Assembly: GCA_965222615.1 (NCBI GenBank)
Contig: CBDCUI010000007.1
Coordinates: 313,080 to 377,079, forward strand
Source of the DNA: Gammaproteobacteria bacterium
Lineage (GTDB): Bacteria > Pseudomonadota > Gammaproteobacteria > UBA4575
Reading direction: 5' to 3'
DNA: 64,000 nucleotides
Below, in pieces: positions 57,114 to 64,000 of this stretch. A program made the position numbers and the translations under genes. The notes beneath the pieces were generated by a model. That model had not been told where the DNA came from. It made no database searches and was given only the letters and a program-made list of their open reading frames with translations. Numbering within the stretch: position 1 is the stretch's first letter; every line of letters begins with the position of its first letter.

Positions 57114-59083
57114 TAGAACAATTTGATTTTATCTTTTAGTTTTCCGCCTAACTTTTCTTTCAGCTCTTCAACTTTTTCTTCTTTTTTCTCTTTAAACTCT
57201 TCTTTGAGTTCTTCTTTCTTTTCTTCCACGACGGCAGTTTGCTTAGCTTTGAGTGCAGCCTGCAAATCAACTCCATACTTTAAATTATCAAAAGGACCTT
57301 TAATGGTAATTGGAATGGCATACTTGCCGGGTTCTTCAGATAAGCCAACTGCAATGGTGTAATCGGTTTCCGATTGCGCAATATCCACTTGACCTTCACC
57401 GTTAGCAAAAATCAGCGGGGTGTCTAATTTAAAATCTTTGTTATCCGATAAACCATTGGTGATGTTGAAGGTACCAAATAATTTATCGAACACCAGTTCC
57501 TCTCCAGCCGGTTTCGGTTCACGCCCCTTTAAAAATGCAGCGGCCTTTTCAACATTTGCGGCCAATTTTTTATCGCGCAAGGCGCCATTCCCAGCATCCA
57601 ATTTGGCGTTGCCACTAAGGGCCTTTTTAAGTTCGGCCACACTGTTGCCAGTCGTATTTACATCCAAAGAGAGATTACTAATTCCGCGTATGTAAGCTTT
57701 TTCTTCGCCCATGAAGTCCATGCTTAACTTGTCAATTTGAATACCGGATAAGTCTGTAGCTAATCCATATTTCGGCACTTTATCCCGCACATCTACACTA
57801 GCTTTGCCTTGCATACTACCGTCATAGAGGTTCATTGACATTGGTGTGACTTGTAACAGACCATCTTTCGCCGTAATGGTGGCCTTTACATTGGTCATGG
57901 TCATGCCTGAAATAATGATGGTACCTACCGTGATATCTCCATTCACATCAAGGTCACGCAAGGTTTCAGTGGGGAGTTCAATCGGTTCATTTTCATCAGC
58001 AGGAGTACTTTCTGCTTTTTCCTCGGCACTGGAAGTTGGCAGCAATTTATCCAAATCCAGCAAATCCGATGCCAGAGAAAATTTTACTTTGGGTTGATCA
58101 AAGGATTGCACCGAAGCATTACCGGTTAATTGTGTATCGAGCATAGAAACTACTAATGAGGAAAGACTCAACGCTTCATTAGCTAAATCCGCATCAATTG
58201 CGGTTTGTAGGGTTGCATCAAGTTTACCTTCTGGAAAGGCGTCACCTGTTCCAGAAATTTTAATGGTGGTATCTTGTAAAGAGAATTTTTGGTTTTTTAA
58301 ATCACCACTTACTTCTGAACCTAATCCAAGTTTTAACGCGCCATTGGGAAAGGATTCGCCTGTCGCATCAAGTTGAACATCCAAGCCTGCAAGTTTTAAC
58401 GTTTGTGCTTTTGAATCAAACGTGGCGTTGGTTTTCATTTGCAGTGCTGCATCAAGCACGGGTGCAGCATTTTTCATTTTAAAGTCTAAATTAACATCGG
58501 TGGACTCCCCATCCACCATTTTTCCTGTGGTTAAATTAAATGGCGCAATTTGAATTTTGGATCCCGCCTGATCATCTTGCCAAGATAGCTCCGCATCCGT
58601 GATTTCTACACCATTCACCATAATAACCAATTCACGTTTAGTTGCCTCAGAACTTTCAGATTCCTCTTCTACACTTTCAGATTCACTTACAAGATCATCC
58701 CAATTCGTCACCCCCTGTGCATTTTTATGTAAATTTACTTTTAAACCATTTAATTTTACTTTGGCCGCTTGCACTTGACCTTTAAACAATGGCGTCAGCG
58801 CCACTCGCACATCGACATCTTCCACACTGGCCATCGGCGCGTCGCCAAATCCAGGTGCATTACCAAACTGTGTGCTACCTAAAGAAAACCCCAACCACGG
58901 AAATAAGGAAAGATCAATATCCCCGGCCAAGTTTAAATCACGACCAGTTGCTTCTTTGGTCTTTGCAACAATTTGTTCTTTATATTCATTTGGATCGAAC
59001 GTTGAAACAAAAAAGACCGCAGCACCAATAAATATCACGAAAAGTGCCACAATGGCGATGAGGATATATTTAATTATTTTCAT
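57113..59083 (-). CDS. asmA: AsmA family outer-membrane assembly protein
   Basis: N-terminal TM anchor MKIIKYILIAIVALFVIFIGAAVFF. Long beta-rich repetitive body. Lys/Glu-rich C-terminal tail. Confidence 0.7.
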   Translation of the reverse strand: MKIIKYILIAIVALFVIFIGAAVFFVSTFDPNEYKEQIVAKTKEATGRDLNLAGDIDLSLFPWLGFSLGSTQFGNAPGFGDAPMASVEDVDVRVALTPLFKGQVQAAKVKLNGLKVNLHKNAQGVTNWDDLVSESESVEEESESSEATKRELVIMVNGVEITDAELSWQDDQAGSKIQIAPFNLTTGKMVDGESTDVNLDFKMKNAAPVLDAALQMKTNATFDSKAQTLKLAGLDVQLDATGESFPNGALKLGLGSEVSGDLKNQKFSLQDTTIKISGTGDAFPEGKLDATLQTAIDADLANEALSLSSLVVSMLDTQLTGNASVQSFDQPKVKFSLASDLLDLDKLLPTSSAEEKAESTPADENEPIELPTETLRDLDVNGDITVGTIIISGMTMTNVKATITAKDGLLQVTPMSMNLYDGSMQGKASVDVRDKVPKYGLATDLSGIQIDKLSMDFMGEEKAYIRGISNLSLDVNTTGNSVAELKKALSGNAKLDAGNGALRDKKLAANVEKAAAFLKGREPKPAGEELVFDKLFGTFNITNGLSDNKDFKLDTPLIFANGEGQVDIAQSETDYTIAVGLSEEPGKYAIPITIKGPFDNLKYGVDLQAALKAKQTAVVEEKKEELKEEFKEKKEEKVEELKEKLGGKLKDKIKLF

Positions 59084-59212
59084 CGTCGCGCTCCTAACCT
59101 ACGCTTATTTTTATTTAGATAATGATCTTACTCTTTATATGGACACAAGTTGTGCGAATAAGTTTTTATTTACTTGTGTTCACATTATTTAATCATTCGA
59201 GATTCGTGCAAA

Positions 59213-59692
59213 TTACTTGGGACGTTCCCAGCTACCACTTTTCCCACCTTGCTTACTTAATAAAGCAATATCTTGCAATACCATGCCACGATCCACAGCT
59301 TTACACATGTCATAAATGGTTAATAAAGCAACTTGTACGGCGGTAAGCGCCTCCATTTCCACACCAGTTTGTCCATGTGTTTCTACAGTTGCTTTGCAAT
59401 AAACGGCTGCGGGTGCTTCCTCATAACCAAACTCAATTTCAATGGACGTGAGGGCAAGTGGATGACATAACGGTACTAATTCTGAGGTTTTCTTCGCACC
59501 CATAATTCCCGCGATGCGTGCAATCCCCAACACATCACCTTTTTTATGGCCGCCACTTTGAATCAACTGCAGAGTTTGTGCTTGCATACGAATGCGTCCA
59601 TCAGCTACCGCGGTACGATGACTAATGGGCTTATCCCCAACATCGACCATGTGGGCTTCGCCGGCTTGATTAAAGTGACTTAACTTACTCAT
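59213..59692 (-). CDS. moaC: Cyclic pyranopterin monophosphate synthase MoaC (likely start at MSKLSHF)
   Basis: ...[17 protein letters not shown]...[28 protein letters not shown]...YDMCKA. Confidence 0.85.
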   Translation of the reverse strand: MSKLSHFNQAGEAHMVDVGDKPISHRTAVADGRIRMQAQTLQLIQSGGHKKGDVLGIARIAGIMGAKKTSELVPLCHPLALTSIEIEFGYEEAPAAVYCKATVETHGQTGVEMEALTAVQVALLTIYDMCKAVDRGMVLQDIALLSKQGGKSGSWERPK

Positions 59693-59926
59693 TTTTTGTG
59701 CATGAAGCACTGATTTCTCTTGAGACTTTGTTAAAAAATATTTCAAAATGCTCATTTACTGACTTGTAAACTCCGCTTTTTTAATATTTTTTGCCTCGTC
59801 TCAATCGTCCGGTTATATTTCGACTGGACTAATAAATCAGTGCTCCTTTAGCTTGTTAGTTGAAAATAGAATAGTACCATTTAGAGATTCATTGTTGGCA
59901 AAGTTTCAGCGAGTATATGGGTTAAC

Positions 59927-60160
59927 ATGAGCGTGCAAGTTAAATATTTTGCCAGTTTGCGTGAGACGATGGGTCGCGCCAGTGACCAAGTCGCAATCAC
60001 CGATGCAAGCACCGTTGAAAAAATTTGGCAATTAGCTACCAACCACATGGAGCGACCCGAACGCCTGTTGGTCGCCGTCAATCAAGAATATGCCGATTTT
60101 TCTCAAATGGTGAATGATGGTGATGAGGTTGCGTTTTTTCCTCCTGTCACAGGTGGCTGA
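59927..60160 (+). CDS. moaD: Molybdopterin synthase sulfur-carrier subunit MoaD
   Basis: 77 aa ending in ...FFPPVTGG (C-terminal Gly-Gly). Confidence 0.8.
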   Translation: MSVQVKYFASLRETMGRASDQVAITDASTVEKIWQLATNHMERPERLLVAVNQEYADFSQMVNDGDEVAFFPPVTGG

Positions 60161-60342
60161 GCACATGGATGTGCGAATATGATGTCCATCAGGGATGATG
60201 CAACCAATTTAACTCTTAATTTAAAAATGTCGGCTTACGACCCAAAGCAGATATAATCAAGTGTAAAATTAGTTAATGGTGTATATATCATAATGTAAAT
60301 TTGTATATAAACCGGTTAGTTAATTACATGCAGGAATGAAGT

Positions 60343-60678
60343 ATGAGAATAGTATTTTGTTTTATCCTCTTGGTTGTGCTTGTAGCCTGTGGTGTTAATG
60401 CTGGGAATATTAGTACTGAACCCTTGTCAATTGAGGTGGTTGAACCTGTGTACAATGATGATCAGAAAGCGGTAGAGGAATTCGTTACAGCAGTAAAGTC
60501 TTTAGACAATGATGAAATCAGAAGAGTTTGGTCACACATGAACGCAAAGCAAAGAAGGGCAGCGGATGACCACCTAGCCGAATGGTTTCATAGCTTGAGT
60601 GGTAGTGAATACGACAAGTATTTCGAGGTTGAAGAGTTGTTACGTGGTGCAGACTGGGGTGCTATTTTCGCACAATGA
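60343..60678 (+). CDS. Hypothetical lipoprotein
   Basis: Lipobox LVACG. Confidence 0.4.
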   Translation: MRIVFCFILLVVLVACGVNAGNISTEPLSIEVVEPVYNDDQKAVEEFVTAVKSLDNDEIRRVWSHMNAKQRRAADDHLAEWFHSLSGSEYDKYFEVEELLRGADWGAIFAQ

Positions 60679-60694
60679 AAAGTTCTAGTTAATT

Positions 60695-61240
60695 ATGAGA
60701 ATTTATCTTTACACTGCAGCGCTACTGTGCGCAGTTTGGGCTACGCGATTATCAGCAGAAACACTTGTACGATCTACTTCACAGTTAGAATTAATTCCTG
60801 TGCAAGGTATCACCTTGGGTATAACTCCTAGAGAAGCTTTTAAAACTTTACTGTCCGCTGGCTTTAAAGCAGGGAACTTGCGTTCTTATGAAGATTGGGA
60901 AAGTGATGGTGTGGAGTTTGTGCGTGGTGTGTATGGAAGCCCCAACGGTCATTCAAGTGTTAGCTTTAGCCGTAGAGGTGAGCGCATTATTACAATTTCT
61001 GAAACCTTTAATTCACCTGGCAAACCCATCGATGCAATAGCAGCGATTGATTCGGTACGAAAGCAGCTTGGCATTCCTGAAGATAGCAAAAAGTGTAAGA
61101 CAACAGCAGCGCATTTGGGTTTATGTGAAGTACAGGATGCAGATGATTCGGGTCAGGTAACTATCTTATTTAAGTTACAAATTCTATCGACAATGCGTTT
61201 ATACACTATCTCTAGACCCAAAGAGCTTGTAAAACATTAA
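60695..61240 (+). CDS. Secreted hypothetical protein
   Basis: Signal peptide MRIYLYTAALLCAVWATRLSA. Confidence 0.4.
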   Translation: MRIYLYTAALLCAVWATRLSAETLVRSTSQLELIPVQGITLGITPREAFKTLLSAGFKAGNLRSYEDWESDGVEFVRGVYGSPNGHSSVSFSRRGERIITISETFNSPGKPIDAIAAIDSVRKQLGIPEDSKKCKTTAAHLGLCEVQDADDSGQVTILFKLQILSTMRLYTISRPKELVKH

Positions 61241-61426
61241 CACCTGTCAATGGTAGATAGGATTTAAATGTCTTTGTAGATGTCCGCATTGGCCTTGGCC
61301 GACGGGAATTTACTCCTTCAATTTCTGCTCTTCCGCCATCCATGGCGGTCGAAAACTATCATTAATGAAAAAATTTAATCAGAGTGCGTCATCCATGACG
61401 CGACTCATATTCACATATCCCTATGC

Positions 61427-62788
61427 TCACTGAATAAGAATAAATAGACCGCGTGCTTCACGTTGTATATTTAGTAACAAGGCTTTTGGGTTTTTCTTAA
61501 TTGCCGATTTCATTTCACTAATCGTTTTCACGCGCTGCTTATTCACACTGATGATGATATCGCCCTTACGCAAACCAGCCGAGGCAGCATTACTATTTGC
61601 TGAGACGTTGACCACTTCGATTCCCGCCGTAGTCCCACGCGAGGTGTCTTCTAATGTTTCGCTGAATTCTGCTCCGCTTAGTTTGCTGCTCAGAGATTTA
61701 CCACTGACACTATTGGTAACTAGTTCCTCAACCCTTGCATTTAACGTGCGTAGTTTGCCATTACGCAGTACTTCAATTTTGACGCGTGTGCCAATTCGTA
61801 ATAAGCCGATTTCATTGCGTACTTGTGCAGAATTTTCGACTTCACGGCCATTCACCGCGATAATCACATCGCCCACTTTAATCCCCGCTTTGGCCGCGGG
61901 AGACCTCGCTTCCACACGTGCCACCACTACGCCTTTATTACGTGTAGTGCCAAAGGCCTCGGCCAATTCTGGAGTTAGATCTTGCGCAGTAAAGCCCAGC
62001 CGACCGCGTTTGACTTCACCATGTTCAATTAATTGCTGGGTAATATGCTTGGCCATATTTACTGGAATGGCAAAACCAATACCGATGTTGCCACCACTCG
62101 GTCCATAAATTGCAGTATTGATACCAATGAGTTCGCCGCGTAGGTTCACTAAAGCCCCACCAGAATTACCAGGATTAATCGAGGCATCGGTTTGAATGAA
62201 ATCTTCATAGGATTCAATGCCTAAACCACTGCGACCCAATGCACTGACAATTCCCGAGGTCACGGTTTGTCCAAGGCCAAAGGGATTACCAATTGCGACG
62301 ACAAAATCACCTTGGCGTAAATCATCGGAATTCCCTAAAGGAATTTCACTTAGCTGGGTCGCTTCAATTTGGATCACGGCAATGTCTGCACCTGGATCTT
62401 TGCCGATCACCATTGCATTAAATCGCTGTCCGTCTTCCAAGGTCACCACAATGTCTTCGGCTTTATCAATCACATGCGAATTGGTGATGATATAACCATT
62501 ACGTGAATCAAAAATGACTCCAGACCCAAGTCCCGTGGTACGTCGTTCGCGGCGTTGTTCCGGCATATCAAAAAATCGGCGAAAAAAAGGATCATCAAAA
62601 AAGGGATCACGCACGACGACTTTACCGGTGGTAGAAATATTGACTACGGCTGGTGTGGTTCTCTCCAGCATCGGCGCCAACGTAGGCAAGGGTTGATCAT
62701 CTACACTGTTAGGTAGCCCTGCAAATAATGGAATAGATAGACCTAGCAACAGACTAAGCACGACCAATTGGATGAACTTTTGAACCAT
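61427..62788 (-). CDS. degQ: Periplasmic serine endoprotease DegP/DegQ (HtrA family, two PDZ domains)
   Basis: Catalytic GNSGGAL. His and Asp regions. Two PDZ segments. Confidence 0.9.
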   Translation of the reverse strand: MVQKFIQLVVLSLLLGLSIPLFAGLPNSVDDQPLPTLAPMLERTTPAVVNISTTGKVVVRDPFFDDPFFRRFFDMPEQRRERRTTGLGSGVIFDSRNGYIITNSHVIDKAEDIVVTLEDGQRFNAMVIGKDPGADIAVIQIEATQLSEIPLGNSDDLRQGDFVVAIGNPFGLGQTVTSGIVSALGRSGLGIESYEDFIQTDASINPGNSGGALVNLRGELIGINTAIYGPSGGNIGIGFAIPVNMAKHITQQLIEHGEVKRGRLGFTAQDLTPELAEAFGTTRNKGVVVARVEARSPAAKAGIKVGDVIIAVNGREVENSAQVRNEIGLLRIGTRVKIEVLRNGKLRTLNARVEELVTNSVSGKSLSSKLSGAEFSETLEDTSRGTTAGIEVVNVSANSNAASAGLRKGDIIISVNKQRVKTISEMKSAIKKNPKALLLNIQREARGLFILIQ

Positions 62789-62875
62789 CTTTTCTATATT
62801 AGTTATTCTTTATAAAGATTGTGCTTACCTTACTTGTATATTTCTAGAATTATACGTTTCTAAAAAGATTCTTAG

Positions 62876-63817
62876 TTAGAGGTTTTGGCGCGGATTAAAT
62901 TCAAATCGTTCTGCCATTTTTTCATAATATTGCTTATCTTGTTCGCTAACGGCTTTCGGCACCACAATTTGCAATGTCACGATTTGATCACCAGGCGGTG
63001 AACCAGGCAAACCGCGCTGCTTAAGTCGCAACTTTTTCCCGGACTGTGATCCGGCCGGTATTTTGGTTTCCACGCGTCCGGCCAACGTAGGCACTTGAAC
63101 GCGTGCGCCTAATACAGCTTCCCATGGACTAATGGGCAAGTCCAACAAAATATTTTTGCCTTCAGTCTTATATAATCTATGTGGTAAAACTTGTACTTCG
63201 ATATAAAGATCCCCCTTCGGCCCATTCCCCAAGCCTGCCGCCCCTTGGCCTGCCAGACGAATCCGTTTGCCCGAAGTAATACCTGCTGGAATTTTTACTT
63301 CTAAATTACGACCATTATTGACACGAATCATTTTGTTGGCGCCGTGATAAGCTTCTTCTAGTGTGATCGACATGCTTGCATGTTGATCTGCACCCTTGGT
63401 TTGAAATCCCTGGGACTGAAAACCTGAAGTTTGCCCGGCAGAAAAACCACCACCAAACAACGATTCAAAAAAGTCGCTAAAACCTGAACCAGAAAACTCT
63501 GCACCGGTGAAACCACCTTGATTAGCACCCATTCCAGAAAAACCTGTACCAGAAAAAATTTCTTCCCAACCTGGAGGCGGGGTAAAGTTTTGCCCAGCTT
63601 TCCAATTTGCACCAAGCTGATCGTAGGCTTGGCGTTTTTGCGGATCTTTTAGCACCTCATAGGCTTCCCCTACTTCTTTAAACTTCTCTTCAGCATCGAG
63701 TTCTTTACTCACATCAGGATGATATTTGCGCGCAAGGCGGCGGTAGGCAGTTTTAATATCTGCCTCTTTGGCATCACGTTCAACGCCTAGTATTTTGTAG
63801 TAATCTTTATATTCCAT
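62876..63817 (-). CDS. cbpA: Curved-DNA-binding DnaJ homolog CbpA
   Basis: J domain with YHPD. Gly/Phe-rich linker. DnaJ C-terminal domains without the Zn finger. Confidence 0.85.
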   Translation of the reverse strand: MEYKDYYKILGVERDAKEADIKTAYRRLARKYHPDVSKELDAEEKFKEVGEAYEVLKDPQKRQAYDQLGANWKAGQNFTPPPGWEEIFSGTGFSGMGANQGGFTGAEFSGSGFSDFFESLFGGGFSAGQTSGFQSQGFQTKGADQHASMSITLEEAYHGANKMIRVNNGRNLEVKIPAGITSGKRIRLAGQGAAGLGNGPKGDLYIEVQVLPHRLYKTEGKNILLDLPISPWEAVLGARVQVPTLAGRVETKIPAGSQSGKKLRLKQRGLPGSPPGDQIVTLQIVVPKAVSEQDKQYYEKMAERFEFNPRQNL

Positions 63818-63931
63818 AGTCCCAAATGCAGAAAATTGATACGCTTACATTGAAACGCCGCGGTGAACCGCGGCGTTTTTGTTTCCGTACAGTTAACAAG
63901 CAATGCTTGTTATTGGTTTATCCGTCAACCG

Positions 63932-64000
63932 TTATTTTTTTGGGCAGTGCTTTTTCCTTTTTAGGAATACGCAGCTTTAAAACGCCATGTTCTGTTTTAG
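63932..64000 (-). CDS. C-terminal fragment of a small heat-shock protein (Hsp20/IbpA family); N-terminus lies beyond the window
   Basis: The reverse-strand translation ends ...KTEHGVLKLRIPKKEKALPKKITVDG*, a typical Hsp20 C-terminus. Confidence 0.4.

Noticed and set aside
57123-58097. Ser-rich antisense ORFs inside asmA. Similar antisense ORFs lie inside degQ (61551-62108, 62217-62696) and cusA (23041-25398)
   Set aside because: Low-complexity translations on the opposite strand of confidently identified genes.
59693-59755. The upstream in-frame Met start for moaC given by the ORF track
   Set aside because: The MoaC core begins at MSKLSHF. The 21-aa extension is not a conserved feature of MoaC, so the shorter start was preferred (uncertain).

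Overview
This is an AT-rich Gammaproteobacteria-like window (Legionellales-like gene content; the organism is not identified) with three parts.

1) Positions 1-16 kb hold a tightly coupled plus-strand operon for glycan synthesis and modification. It has two paralogous GT4 glycosyltransferases, a heparinase II/III-like protein, three APH-like kinase domains (one fused to a cytidylyltransferase), an MsbA-like ABC exporter, a MurG-like glycosyltransferase and a deacetylase-like protein, followed by an outer-membrane beta-barrel and a polytopic membrane protein.

2) Positions 16-32 kb carry mixed housekeeping and accessory genes: a GAF protein, a secreted beta-propeller, a cusC-cusB(F)-cusA heavy-metal efflux operon, an M23 peptidase, an AraC/GyrI regulator, RtcB RNA ligase with a small SEC-C protein, a PcfJ-like protein and a slipin.

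3) Positions 32.8-55 kb form a large accessory region.
- A minus-strand tRNA array (32.9-37.2 kb) has about 29 tRNA or tRNA-like genes covering nearly all amino acids. It includes an HNH endonuclease and several non-canonical members: Leu-anticodon tRNAs without a long variable arm, and a Sec-like Ser(TGA).
- Downstream are a HigB/HigA toxin-antitoxin pair and small regulators.
- A ~14.8 kb integrative island sits at tRNA-Phe. It is bounded by a 47-nt direct repeat of the tRNA 3' end (40253-40299 and 54968-55014) with an integrase next to the intact tRNA.
- The island cargo is a divergently transcribed pair of giant nuclease-helicases: an 1822-aa DUF4011/Upf1-like helicase/Vsr-like endonuclease/DUF3320 protein (Hhe-like) and a 1145-aa Dna2-like protein (Cas4-like Fe-S nuclease, RNaseH-like domain, SF1B helicase). 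It also carries a second integrase-like gene, an NYN-domain protein and small regulators.

The window ends with core genes: yggX, mutY, asmA, moaC, moaD, degQ/htrA, cbpA and a partial Hsp20.

The two strongest candidates for a novel system are the two-helicase-nuclease island and the RtcB-adjacent tRNA array with atypical tRNAs. All calls are from reading the sequence and motifs by eye; no searches were run.
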